From: Harriotta raleighana
Taxonomy: Eukaryota
NCBI GenBank assembly: GCA_050575255.1
Contig: JBNZDD010013660.1
Location: 2,090,387 to 2,154,386 of the forward strand
Direction of reading: 5' to 3'
DNA length: 64,000 bases
Below are positions 27,668-41,094 of the stretch, piece by piece. The notes under the pieces were generated by a model. The model ran no database searches and was not told the DNA's origin. It saw only the letters and a program-made list of their open reading frames with translations. Within the stretch, counting starts at the first letter, position 1. Each line of letters opens with the position of its first letter. A program made the translations under genes and the position numbers.

Positions 27668-27810
27668 CGCATTGAAATTCGGGAAAAGGCTGACCGCAGC
27701 AGCAGTGTCCAGTGGAAATGGAAGAAATTGTTTAACATCCAAAGCAGGCTGCATAGCTGGGACTGCCGGCCGCATTAAGGCAGAAAGAGCATTGCTTTGG
27801 CATGCACTGC
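27668..27810 (-). CDS. znf385d: ZNF385D-like, second coding exon (143 nt): (G)SACQSNALSALMRPAVPAMQPALDVKQFLPFPLDTAAAVSLFPNFNA
   Basis: Acceptor tttctcttctctgcag| and donor GCG|gtgagt flank an open frame. The peptide is close to human ZNF385D GTCQSPALPALVRPPAPPLQPSLDIKPFLPFPLDTAAAVNLFPNFNA (recalled) and less like ZNF385C. It lies inside ORF 27644..27859(-). Confidence 0.95.
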
Positions 27811-29499
27811 CTGCAGAGAAGAGAAATAAGTCATCGTTTACTTTGGTACGTTCATACAAAGTGTTTATCTTAGAATTTCACGACAAGCTGAAGGTGCCAG
27901 CCGACTGTTTTTTTTTGTTCTCTGGATAATCAACTTGATCCAAAAATATTATTAAAAAACAATACAACAAGAAATTGTTTCAGCAATCCATTCCGGGGGA
28001 AGCGTACCAAGAGGATTACCGTACAGCTACTGACAGAAGTACAGAATGAATAATAGCACAGACAGACTCCCATTGCTGATTAATCCGTGGCCCACCAAAA
28101 AAAATATTTTGGATGGTTATGCTCAGAGCAGCGTAACTCATTTGAGGTATACTGACAGACAAGCTGATAAAGCAACACAGACTGCTCCCTACCCAGGGGT
28201 GAGCTGAGAGCTAGAAGCGGGAGCGATTCCAAATCTCTGATGATCTCCACTGAAATGAGGTTTTTTTTTACACACATTCTGTGGGAACAGTATGCAAATG
28301 AGCAGGAAATCACAATACATACTAATGAGAGGCAATGTGTTTACATAGAACTGCAAACCGTACATTTTGTTCGGCTCTTGCCAGAAGGCACGGTTGTATT
28401 CTTTCCGTCAGCTGCCAAGAATCGAGAAATGGTCACAGCCCTAAATAATGCAGCAGCTTCAATTCTTCTCCGAAGTATCGTCTCAGTATTAATCAAACAC
28501 CAACTGAGTCCAAGGAATTACATTCAAACAATGACAAGCAAGCCTGTAAAAGTTAACAACCTCCGTATCTGGGATGTAAGCAGTGAACTGTTAAAAACTG
28601 CTGGTGGTTTTCCAAGGCGTATCAAACTTGAATTGTGATGAGATTTTTTTTACCACAAACACATGGCTCGAATGTGAGACAACAATTTGGCTGGCTGACT
28701 TGCCTCATTTTGTTTTGCGTTTTGCTGGTGATTCTGATTATCCCAAGCAGAACACACTACTTGCTATGTATAAATGCCCAGGACTGCATTCAGCAACTGC
28801 GAAGGTTACAAAATACATGTCCCTCATAACATGTTTAAGGTACACATTCCCACAACATGTACAACCTGCTTAAATAATAATAATCCTTGCATTTGATAAA
28901 CGATAAACTCCTGATAGCTTGTGTTGTCTAGGTAAACTGGTACTCAAGTTGCACACAGCAATGTCCAACAAACAGCCAAGAAGTGAGTGATCAATTGTAT
29001 TTGGAGAGTTCTTGGCCAGGACACCATGAGAAACTCCATTCTCATTTTTGAATAGTGCCATGGGATCTTTAATATCCATTTGAACAGACAGACAGGAATT
29101 GAATGCAGATGGGTCCCTAGCAACTGAAGTTAGAGCTGTGTTGTGTGCAGACCAAAGTGAGGGACGTCACTGCTGGGAATGAAACACTTTTCTCCATTTT
29201 GGGCACCTAATTTCAGTACCCCAGGTTTGGTGTAAAATGGCTAGAGGCAGAGCAAAGGTTCCTCCACTCTTTTTAATTCTAATTTACATTATTTCTTAAC
29301 AAGAAAAATATAATTTTCAAACTTTTAAACCATTGAATGGGCTGACAGATGCATTATTGAATTTCTAAAACATTATTGAATGCATCCAATGTTTCAGAAC
29401 TTAAACATTCACACATTTTGTGTTGAGAATCAGTTAGACGGCAAAGTTTCTTAACCTCTGACTCTAAGAAATCACCGCTGCTACATGTATGTGGCAGTT

Positions 29500-29735
29500 C
29501 CATTTGCTTTTCCACACCTGCCATTCCTGTGGCCTCCCTGAGTGTGTTGCCAGTTTTATGTCAAGGCTGAATGATAGTTAGTTTGGCACTGTGAACTCAT
29601 GTCTATTAGCCACTGGATTGAGACAAACTTTCCAGCTAGCAGAGAGAGGAAACTTTCAACGTAGTTTGGGTTGGATCTGAATCCAAGTCCCAGAGATCAG
29701 TGAATATTGCTCTGAACCAATGAGCCACCCAGCCC
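29500..29735 (-). mobile_element. LF-SINE-like ancient SINE
   Basis: Minus-strand blocks GGGCTGGGTGGCTCATTGG, CTCTGGGACTTGGATTCAGATCCAACCCA, GTCTCAATCCAGTGGCTAATAGACA and CTCAGGGAGGCCA follow the order of the recalled LF-SINE consensus. Confidence 0.6.
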
Positions 29736-31002
29736 TCTATGGAAATACTGTATAATGTTTTGATGTTCCCAAATAAAAAGCGTTAAAATAGCAGGCCTAC
29801 ATCAAACGTTAAATTCATTTCCAAAATAGTGACATTTCAAGCCAGCTGTATATATCGTGTATATCAACACCCAAGATGAAGGTCTGACTGAATGTCCACT
29901 GGTCCTTTGATATATCTCCTCCCAGCTTGGCTTGTCCTCACTATGGTGCTTCCCATTCCACCCTGAGGCCACTGCCGTTCTCTCCTTTCCACACAGTCAC
30001 AGACACTGAGCAACTAGTTACCTCCACAGACAAACTTCACTAATGCAACACTTTTGTTTCAACACTCCAAAATAATCAACAGTAACAACTCAGGTACAAA
30101 GGAAACAAACCAACCAGGGACCTCCGTGCTCTCAGTGACTTTAGGCTAAGTCTGTTTCTAATTTCTCATCTCAAAATCTGGAAAGCAGGAGAGAAATAAA
30201 CCATTACCATCACATTACTGAACCTTAGCTCTGCTGGTAACCACTGCAAGATGCCACCCCATATGAAGAGCACTATAAAAATGTAAGTTGTTACTATTGG
30301 TGTTGGTACATTTCAAGTACAGGAAGCAAAGATCCCAGTTGACTTTAAGAGAAGCATTTGCAATCCTTGCATGCCAAACAACTAAAAAGTACGATATGCA
30401 CATAATGTTACTCCAATTACATTATTCAGAAATGTATTGGAGTTTCTCTACCAATTCAGTTTTCTCAATTGTGAAAACGTTATGTAATGGTGTACAGGAC
30501 TTCAGTAGCCAATATGCTAATTGACATTATTTCTCATTTGTTCTCAGTTTCTTGATGGTTTTCTGCTTTATCTTCTCCAGACTCCAGATGGTATCTAGCA
30601 CTCACAGCCAGGAGAATGTCGGCTGCCCTGATTGGATCTCAGTACTACTGGTACAGACCAGACAGCAGAGAAGATGTGAGAGCAGCCTGCATAGTGCACA
30701 CCATCATTTTCCTTCAACCATTTAAGGAATGGAGCACACAAAGGGGCCACACATGTATGTTGATATTCCTTGCATTTGATAAAGCATCTTATCACATCAT
30801 TGAGATGTTTTAAAGTGCTTCACAGAATATACTCTAAAGTGAAGTGACCATACATTTTGTGGGTGAACAGGTTCATGGTCGGAAGATATCTAAATCGCTT
30901 CACAAGAGATACTGTGAAGTACAGTGATTCTGTGTTTCAAAAGCAAATATGGCAGCCAATTTGCATATAGCAATGCCCCACAAATGACCATGGTGAACCA
31001 GA

Positions 31003-31325
31003 TAACAACAACAATTTGCACCTATATAGTTCCCTCCAGGCAGGATAGTGTCTCAGAGCACTTAACTGTAATCACAGTGGAAAAGGAAGATTTTCAGGCA
31101 GGACTTGAAAAGGGGGGAGAGGGGGGGCAAGGCGGAGCGATTGAGGAGAGTGTTCCAGAGTTTTGGGGTACAGTGTCTGAAAACACGACCTCTGATGGTG
31201 GGGCAGAGGTTGCGAGGGACAAATAGGAGGCCAGTGCCAGGCGAGCGAAGGCGCTGGGTGGTGGATTGGGGAGTGAGGAGATCGGAGAGACAGGGAGATG
31301 GCAGAGAGTGAAGGGATTTGCATAG
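31003..31325 (-). mobile_element. L2 LINE 3' fragment, second tail type
   Basis: SLHSLPSPCLSDLLTP..PKLWNTL..FKSCLKIFLF; tail CTGAGACACTATCCTGCCTGGAGGG..(GTT)n. Confidence 0.85.
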
Positions 31326-31660
31326 ACCAGAAAAGTTATAATCTGAAGGGAGCAATTTTTATTTCCAAGGACTGTCCTCCTGACAGAAGATTTGCAAAAG
31401 AAAAGGTTGAGGGATTAAATCAGTTTCAGTGACCGGCGTGTTGATATCGTCATCAAGCACACTGAGGGTTAACTATTGCTTTCAGTAAATATCTGAACTT
31501 TAGCAGAGAATGAATATGTATGATCTCCATTTGCCAGTAAACTTAAACTCTTGGCTGTTCTGGATTTTGCACCCCTGAAGAAATGTGTAAAAACCAACAA
31601 ATGACACACAAGTGGTCAAGTTTGCGGCATTTCAAAACTAATGTCGGTGTTAACTATTAC

Positions 31661-31676
31661 CCACCAGGTGGCAGCA
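31661..31676 (+). promoter_or_regulatory. Candidate CTCF binding site
   Basis: CCACCAGGTGGCAGCA closely matches the CTCF core consensus and sits in unique, non-repeat sequence. Confidence 0.55.
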
Positions 31677-33344
31677 CAATCTTTCAGATTGCAGGTCCGC
31701 CATTTTTAAAATAATAATCAAATGGCGCTTGTTATTTTTTGTGTAATATTATTTTTCTGCCAAGGGTAGGCTAAATCCACACCCTCCCAGATCAAACATA
31801 ATACCGCCACTCAAATCACTGACAAATATAATACATATGTCTCGAAACACCATGATTGATCAGCTTAGATCCTGTTATCGAGGATTATTCATGAAAAAAA
31901 GACGTTCTATCATTCGTATTTTTGTTTATTTTTGCGTACATTTGGGAATGAAGAGTCTTTCAAAAAGGACAACCTAATACTGTAATAATAAAATAATAAT
32001 CTTCACATTTGGCACAGCACTCATCATATCAGGAAGCCCCTCAGAGCGCTTCACAAGATTCACTGTAAAGTGTATCTTTAGCCCAGAGTTCAGTTTTGTT
32101 TTAAAAAAGAGAATTATTTTAATAAGAAAATACTGCAAGTTAAGCCTCAGCATTATCATACTGGGAATCAAACATGTGCAATGTTGTCTAGGAAAGACAG
32201 CCCACACAAACCCTCTCATTGAATGCTTAATATCTTCAAAGAAATAACTCTACTGAATGGAGTCTTGGACTCATAGATCCACTTTGCTTATTGCAATAAA
32301 CCTTCCTGAATACAACTGATGGAATAGTGTTCATATCTACTATAGTTAACATCCAATCACGTTCTGGCCTTGAGGCAACCACAACAGTTACCACAAGTAT
32401 GAAGACTATTGTGCAATATTTCTCAATGGCATTCCCTTCGAAAGGATCAATCATGAAAAATGAGTCTCTTTCTAGCAATCAGTTTTGCCCATAAAATAAA
32501 CAGTAAAGTTAGAGTTCAGTTTATTCTGCGAAGCTCTTTGAGATGGCTCACCGACATGATAAGGCACTATATCAAATGCAAGAATTATTATTATTGTTGT
32601 TTTTATTCTTCTTATTATTACCAGTGTCAGCCTGGCTCAGTTGGCAGCACTCTCATCCCTGGGATAGAAGGTTGTGGGTTCAAGCACTTGTGATGTCCTC
32701 TTCAAAGAAGCAATATCAAATGCAAGGGTTGATATTACATCTCACCAGACATAGATTGTGTTGCCGAGAAGTGTAACAGGATTTATTATAAAGTAATTCC
32801 ACGATGAAATACGGCACTCTTAGCTCCAATGTGCCTCCTTCCAAAACAACATGCCTACAATTTAGCTCATGCCACGCAACCAATAGAGTAATCTCCTAAC
32901 TAGATCCAGATTTGGATCATAAATATTTATATTTATCCAGCCTCCAACATCTGTGGAGTGTCTAAAAAAAAGTAAAGAAAATCTTCAATGAATAATTGAC
33001 ACACAGTTCCAAATGAAGAAGAGGACAAATCTCTTAATGCAAGTAATAATATCAAACTCGGGTAATAAAACAAAAATTTGGCAAAGCAATTGTGACAATA
33101 CAGCGGAATGAATGATTGTAAATGGCTTCTCCTTGGTGGCATCATCAAATGCCAAAAGCTCTCTGGAATGCCTTCACACTATAGCCGATTTGAAAGGGGA
33201 CTATAATTTTACTTGCGAGGGAGACATGAGTTCCAAGAATAGTTACGAATAGCTAGCTCTGAAACCTCGGCTCACAATGTGCTGTTTCGAATGCCAGGCT
33301 AGGTTATCACTGCAACAAATCTTTTATTTGTACCACTTACACCA

Positions 33345-34439
33345 CCTCCACTTCACCTCCACAAATGGTTTCTCCTCCAGTCCCTGGGGAATCTTGTGGA
33401 GAGTTCCACAGGCCTCCATCCTTGGTCACCTCCTCTTCAACATTTACATGTTCCCCCTCGGTGACATCATCCGCAGACATGGGGTAAACTTCCACATCTA
33501 CGCAGATGAAACCCATCTATATCTCTCTGCCTCCACCCTCGATTCTAGGAGCACTGCTGCCTTGACAGAATGCCTGTCGGATATCAAGTCCTGGATGAGA
33601 GCTAACTTTTGAATGTCAGCAAGATTAAAGCCATCCTGATTGGCTCCCGTTAGCGCCTCCATACCTCTGGTGCTGACAGCATCACCATCCATGGATGCAC
33701 ACTCCATCTCACTAAGCCAGTCTGGAACCATAGTATCTTGTTTGATCCTCAACTATCCTTCCTACCATATATCCATGCCATGACCTTCTCTGCCTTCCCT
33801 ACCTCCACAACATTGTCTGGCTCTGCCACTGTCTCACACTGAAGGCCACTGAAACTCTCATACATGCATTCATAACATCAGGCTTGACCATGCAAACTCC
33901 TTGTTTATCGGCCTCCCCATCTCCTCCCTCTACAGGCTTCAGATCATCTAGAACTCTGCAGCCTGTGGTCTCTCACACACTAGGCTGTGTGACCATATCA
34001 CTCCCACCCTCGCCCAACTCCACTGGCTTCCCATCACACAGAGGATACAGTTCAAGATCCTGGTCCTCACCTTCAAAACCCTCCATGGCGTTGCTCCCCT
34101 CTACCTCTGTGACTTCCTAACACCCTACAAATCTGCTCGCTCCCTCCGCTCAGCGAGCTCCAGTCTGCTTCACGTCCCCCACCTGGCCCACTCCACCATT
34201 GGCCACAACCTCTGGAACTCCATCTCTCAGTTCCTTCATCTCACTCCATCCCTCATCTCCTTCAAGACCCACCTCAAGGCCACCTTCTTTGACCGTGCTT
34301 TTGATCAATCTCCTTCCCCTCCTGTCCTCCACACTCCCCAATCCATACTCCCAGCTCTGGTCTGGAATAATGTCAGTACAGCACCTTAGGATGTCCTCCC
34401 GATGTGAAAACACTGTAAAATTGTAATTTTGTTGTTGTT
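33345..34439 (+). mobile_element. L2 LINE 3' fragment (RT domain to tail)
   Basis: VPQASILGHLLFNIYMFPLGDIIRRHGVNFHIYADETHLY contains RT motifs B and C, with stops and frameshifts. Tail GGATGTCCTCCCGATGTGAAAA...(GTT)n. Confidence 0.92.
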
Positions 34440-34873
34440 CTTTCTATATCCTGTTATGTTCTGAGGTTGAGTAAGTGAGAATTTAATAATGTAATATAAT
34501 CTTGTTGTTGTTATTATGATCCTTGTAGTCAGTCACCCTCCTCCACCTCTTATCCTCGACCCCCAGCTTGGGTCTGAAATACTAATCATCCAGGACCTTA
34601 GGATGTCCTCCTGACATGAAAGGTGTAACACAAATGTAATTTTGTTGTTTGTGTTGTATTCGATATTTGAACACAACATTGTGATATCTCGAAGTATTTC
34701 ACAGAATGTGCTGTGACGTATGTACTGTAAAATAATTTTTTGGAGTGAGATACTACAGCAGTATCCCACAAACAGTCGGGGATTGAGGAACCAAATTTTT
34801 TTGAGGGGATTATTACTTCCAGAAAAGTTTTATATGCTTATGCAGAACAGGATCTTTAATAATAATAATAATA

Positions 34874-35849
34874 CAGTTAACCCTCATCGATCGCAGGAGT
34901 TATGTTCCTGGAAAACTGCGCACTCAGTGAAATTGCATTGGGTAAGCTTGATAAGTAATGTGAAAAGGGGAATCCAGTCGCAGACTACCCACATCAAGCC
35001 TTCAGGCACATCCGACGAATGTAAGGTACGTACTGAGGTGGGCTACAGCCTGGCCCACACCTCGCTCCACCCCCTTCTCCCCGCTCTTGTGCTCCCCACC
35101 CCCCGCTCTCGTCTCCCCTACCACCCTGAATGTGGGCAAATCAGAGGGAGCCCAGGAGGGAGGCAGAGAGAAACCAGGGGAGGGTGGGAGCAGATAGCCA
35201 CGTGGCGGGGGGTGGAGCAGAGAGCTGCTCGGCAGGGTGGGGAGCAGAGAGCAGATAGGAGGGTGGGGAGCAGAGAGCAGATAGGAGGGTGGGGAGCAGA
35301 GAGCAGATAGGAGGGTGGGGAGCAGAGAGCCGATGGGAGGGTGGGGAGCAGAGAGCCGCAGGCGGTCAGGTCGGGAAATGCAGAAGGGCTACAGTCGGCT
35401 GGTCAGCTCCGGCTTTGTTATTGCTTTATTTTTAGAAATATCAGTAAAGGAAAGCAATAAAACCACAGCTAGGCTAAATTACTGTAGGAGACTCTCTCTC
35501 TGTCTCTTCTGTTTACCATGCAATGACATCAGGATGCTCCGAGGCCAAAGAGTTATCGAAAACTTACCCAAGAATGCATTGCACGCTGGGTCAGCCAGTC
35601 AAGGAATCATCGGCTTTAGTCGGGATCTGCCGGCCTCATCAAAAATGCGCATGGGCACGGGACCAACCAGCCAAGGAATCATCAGATATAATCGGGGGCT
35701 GTCGGCGTCCTCACACGTGTGCATGCGCGCGAGGGCCATCCAGCACATATACACAAGTTTTACATGCCCTGCACAAAAAAGTGATGCTTTTGTTTCGTCG
35801 AGTACACTTGAATTCACAATCGATAGTCGCGTTCGACGAGGGTTAACTG
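34874..35849. mobile_element. Tc1/mariner non-autonomous element, family C
   Basis: TA TSD; TIR CAGTTAACCCTC(A/G)TCGA(T/A)CGC; GC-rich interior with a minisatellite. Confidence 0.88.
35235..35360 (+). repeat. 26-nt G-rich minisatellite (GGGTGGGGAGCAGAGAGCAGATAGGA, about 4.7 copies)
   Basis: Direct tandem copies are visible, with degenerate units upstream. Confidence 0.9.
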
Positions 35850-38341
35850 TACATGCATTTGATATTGATATAGTGTCTTACCATATCTTTGAGACATCTC
35901 AAAGTATTGCACATAATTTACTATAAAGTGAATGGACTGTATAATTTAAGAATGAATACTTCTCACTGATACATTTTAAAATTGGACAATTACAGAAGAT
36001 AATCAGTCGGCGATGACTTTCTGTTGCTGACCACATCAACCGACACACATTGTTTACAACCCTACAAGGCGATCGCTTTAAATCTCTCAATTTAAGTAAC
36101 GCAAAGTAAAAAAATATAGAAACTGCTCAAAGAGTCAGAAATTATTGCTCTCAGGAAGAATTCTGAGCAAAGGATGATCTGCTGTATTGTACACAATTCT
36201 AAAACTACTGATCCCAAACTGTCTGAATCATATAATATAATTGCAGCCGATTGGTTGTGAATGTCACAGAACTTTAGTTTCCAGCAAAAGGTCAAATTCA
36301 GATCCCGGCAAAATCCCAATCATGTGACAGTTTGCCAGGATAAGAGCACTTTTCAGCAAGTCAATGTCTCATTAGATCATTCGCATGTGGAAAGCTCGAA
36401 AACACTGACCCAGAAACTGCTGCATAACTCATGTGTTCACAATTGTCTTTCCAGACAATTTACTGATTGCCCAGATTAAATGCAGGCATCCTAATACTCT
36501 TCTGTGCACTCAGGCATGCTAGTTTGTGAGTAAATAGAGATCACCCTGTTAGTTGACTCTTTTACAATAACTTGCTTTTACATACTATCTTCATGCGGAA
36601 AGCGTCTCAGAGCGGTTTTATTTCAAAACAAAGAAAGATCATACAATAAATTATAACAGCAAACGAAAGCCTGTTGCTCCTGGTGATGAAAAGCTAAATC
36701 AGACTATTATATATTTTTTAAAAGGGGAAGTACAATTTATTAATAAGTCCTTAATTCACTGTTTCAGGAAGGAGGAGGAATATGATTTGAAAAACCGGGA
36801 AGTAGCATCATCAAAGAGTCAAAAAGACGCTTCACTGTTGCAAAATGTTTAACTAAAAGATAAACACATGGACTAAAGGCCACTGATAAAGGGAACACAG
36901 TTTTGTACGATATCAAACAGTCCATCATACCATTAAGGAGAGATGTCTGGATATGCAATTTGTAGAATATGTATCGTGCAAAAACCATATACTGTATATA
37001 GGTATTTCAACACAAAAGACCATTCAGTCTGTTAAATCCATACTGGTGCCTGCCCCTGCACTGGAGCTAACAACTATAATCCCAATTGTTTATTCACATT
37101 CTTCAAATACTTATCAAATTGTCCCACAACATAAACAGTCACTACACTTTGCAATAAATCATATGATGTGCTTTGATACATCTTCCTGATGTGAACCATG
37201 TTATATTTAATGCAAAAAATATTTTTAGCATTATTATCAGGGTTATTATTACACTTAATATTATCGGGGTTGATACTATGTTTTATTATTATCCAATCCC
37301 TTCTAAATATGGTTATGGTCTTAGCTTCATCAATTATTTGCGGCAAGGCATTCTATGTCAAAGGGTACTTTGACCACCAAATGATCTTGTAACATCCCTT
37401 TTAATTCTGCCAATGACACCGTGAATTCAATTCCCCTTGTTCTCAATTCACCAATCAACGCGGTAATATTTCACTTTGTAACCTTCTTAACCTTCTCTAT
37501 TCAAGTGACCTTTAGTTTAATTTTTTCAAGTCTATCCTCATAAACATTGCCTGGCACCACTGTGTGAAGTGCAAAAAAAAAAGGGAATTAGCTCCTCAAG
37601 TGCAATATCAGGCTGTAGACCTGTTTCCTCGGAAGCAGATATCAATGAATGTACCGGAAGAAAAGCCCCCAACTAACTGGCAGTCAATCATGCTTACTGC
37701 TGATACCACTGTGCCAATCCTTTTGGCAGTAACCAATTTCATTCTCCTTTTTTGTTGTACCAAACCAGTGTCCATATCAGTTCAGTTTACAATACCATAA
37801 CAATACAATTTACATCTGTATAGCACCTTTCATGTCAGGAGATTTGTCTCAAAAGTGCTTAGCAATGCTGTCTGGATGCTGGTGGATGGGAGTTGCTGGG
37901 GGGTGGTGGGAAGTGACTGAAAGCATCGTCAAAGAGGCACGTTTTGAGATGTGCCTTGAATGGGGGGAGGTGTCAATCCTTTGGTGATAATCATCAGTAA
38001 ACCTTGATAAATTAAACGTTTTTCAATGAAGAAACTTTGTACATGTTGGCTTAATCCAAACATGAGTTCACTCTCACTCCATCTAAAGCCTTATGGCTAC
38101 AAATGACTCAATTATCAATAGTAAATGAACCCAGAAACAAACATGAAAAGAAACAACATAGATATCATTTAGGCCCTCTTTGAAGGATCTGGCTCTGCTA
38201 CAGTAACCTGTCAAAGTGATTGGTAAAACCCATTAAATGTATGCTTTTTTGTTTTTATATGTCATAAAGGGCATTTCTTTCAAGTACAGTACTTTCTTTC
38301 ATTGCTTGTGATACCTCACAGCACCACATGAGGATCTAGAC

Positions 38342-38802
38342 TAGAATCATAGAATTTTACGGCACAAAAGGAGGCCATTCGGCCCATTTAGTCTGTGCCG
38401 ACTCTTTGAAAAAAGCAACTCAATCCCACTGCCCAGCTCTCTCCCCATAACCTAACAGACCCGTTTTCCCTAAATAAAGATCTAATTCTCTTTCAAAAGC
38501 TGTTATCGAATCGGCCTCCGCCACGTTTTCGGGCAATGCATTCCAGATTCGAACAACCCTCTGAGTGAAAAAATGTCTCCTCATCTCCCCTCTGCTTCGT
38601 TTTGAAACTATTTTAAATCTGTGACCACGAGTCAGAGATTTGCCCTACCAGTGGAAACAGTTTTTCCTTATTCACCCTGTCGAATCCCCTCATGATTTTA
38701 TAAACCTCTTAACCTTCTCTGTTCCAAAGAGAATAAACCTAGCCTATCTAGCCTTTCCCCATAACTGAAGTTCCCTCAATCCTGATACCATTCTTGTAAA
38801 CC
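38342..38802 (-). mobile_element. CR1 LINE 3' fragment
   Basis: (ATTCTATG)-type octamer tail, GAATGGCCTCCTTTTGTGCCG 3' end, and ORF2 end motifs (FFTQRVVRIWNALP). Confidence 0.88.
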
Positions 38803-39545
38803 TAGCATTAAGCAACATTCAAACAGATATTTAGGAAGATCTCATAACACAACTCATTGTACTGCAAGTGACAAAGCATCTTTCAGAGCAATTATCTTTA
38901 TATAGACTACTTGATTTTCTGAATATTTTGTACAGTGTTTTTTTTGGACAGTTTACATCTCATTGTTTTCCAGATAGTGTATACTAGAGGTTCCATTGAA
39001 TCACATTACAATTTATTTGTCAAATGTACTTTGCATCGGTGGTATTGCACTCCGACAGAGCAATTTCACATGATCCCTGGATCAGCTCAAAAAACAGAAT
39101 GGCTAAACAGAAATTGGTATTCACTGTGATTTGGTGGATAAATGATGTGTCACTAATTTATGCTGTTGAGAAATATTTAATCCCAGGTCTATGCTGAGTG
39201 AGTCGACCTCAACAAGAGTGTTGTAAGACCACTACAGTGGAACACCATTACAATGTGGTACTCTATATGGGATCCATAAAATCCCATAAAAGTAAAGAAA
39301 TAATTCCAGTGGTTGCCCTAAGCATATCCTATGCAGTCCTGAGCCTGTGAAAAAAATCACAGGTGAGAGGAAGGTGAGAGTAAGTGCGATCGAAGAGAAA
39401 GGTCCTCAGGCAAGTCCTGAAGATGGGAAAGGAGGGAGCAGGACTAAGGGATTGAGGTGGTGAAGAAATCTTCCCTGCAGAATAAAACTACTCATTCACT
39501 GCTGAGTACAGAGGATAGAATATTTATGATAACTTCCTGCTACTG

Positions 39546-39872
39546 TAATAATAACAATAATAATAATCCTTGCATTTGATATAGCGCTTTTCACATCTTA
39601 TCAACGTCCCAAAGCGCTTCACAGAATATACTGTAAAGTATATTTGTGGCTGGAACGCGGCAGCCAATTGCGCACAGCAGTGTCCCACAAACAGTCATAG
39701 ATTGAAATGACCAATTTTATTATTGTAGTTTTTTTGGAGGGATTATTATTAGGCAGGTGGAGTAAGGAAACTTGCCCAAGGTTTCGCCCTGATCTGCCTG
39801 GATTCGAACACAGGTCTCATGCTTGTAAGGCATGTAAGGCAAGTGCTCTAACCACTGAGCCACAGGAGCTCC
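39546..39872 (-). mobile_element. Full-length young tRNA-derived SINE, same family
   Basis: Colinear with 48802-49131, with a small internal deletion and a short TGTAAGGCA duplication in the head. Confidence 0.92.
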
Positions 39873-40340
39873 ACATGTAGGATTTGTATGCTGGTGTAAG
39901 AATACTCCCAAGACATTCATTGCCCCACAACTAAATGCCATGGCTAAACAATATTGTTTTGGACAATGCACAACATAGAGAGTGTACTGGTTAGTAGGCG
40001 TCTTCTGGGAACTAGTCATGTCAGGTAGACTTGAGAGCATGACGAATGAAGTGATTCAGACCATTTAGTGAAGCAACATCTTGTGCAGCTTGCATTTCTG
40101 AAGCATTATTTCTTAAAGAGCCCTGACCCTCGAGAGAGCAATAACGACTGTTTTCGTAGCTTGAAGTGGCCATTAAATAAGATCAAGCCCATTGCTGGAG
40201 GAGATCAATTTGATGAGACTGTTGCTTTCCTGTTAATCGGCATTGAAATAGTAACTCCCAAAGAGAAAACGACAGGATCTAATGAGTTAGTTACGGTGTG
40301 GAGTTTGTATTGTATCTAAAATACACAATAATTCAAATTA

Positions 40341-41094
40341 CAGTAAAACCCCGTTTATCCGTGACTCGATGAACTGGAAAACTCGTTGAACTGGATCCTC
40401 AAAAAAAGTCCTGATTGAATAAACTGGAAGTTTTCCAGCAGCAAAGTGATGACACATTTAATGAATCGATTGTCGCATGGGAGTACTGGTGCAGGTACTC
40501 GGCTGGCCATAAGACGAGTCTAAACTCACTCCTGCTCCTTTTAAAAGTCACGATACTGCCGTTTGTTTTTCCTCCGTGGGTGGGGGCCACTATTTTATTT
40601 ATTTATATATTATATTTATATATATATAGCACCTTTCATGTCAGGAGGACGTCCCAAGGCGCTGTACAGTCAAGTGGGGGGAGGGGTCGGGGGAAAAAAG
40701 TAGGAAAAAAATGACTGTATATTTGTGGGCGAAGTTAAGTATAAATAATAAAGTACTAATACAATATTCTGTTATTATAGTATTTGTTATTAGTGCATTT
40801 AGTCTAATATTTATATAGTATTGTTCAACGTTTACAATAAAGTAGCCATACAATATTCTGTTATTACAGGAACAATATTACTGTATTTACTCTATTATTT
40901 ATATGGTACAGTGTACAACATTTACAATAAAATAACCATACAATATTGATATTATCTGTTATTATTTAGTCTATTATTAATATGGTATGTATTAAAATAA
41001 TTTTTAATTTAAAAAGAACTATAGATTTTTTTAAAAAAACGTTCAACTGCTACTGGCCAGGTCCCGTGGGTGCTGGATAAACGGGGTTTTACTA
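40341..41094. mobile_element. Tc1/mariner MITE, family A, carrying a nested SINE/L2 tail at about 40590-40730
   Basis: TA TSD, TIR CAGTAAAACCCCGTTTATCC; colinear with 10487-11052. Confidence 0.9.

Noticed and set aside
34720-35926. 196-aa and 203-aa ORFs
   Set aside because: Open only because of a GC-rich minisatellite inside a non-autonomous element; no transposase motifs seen.
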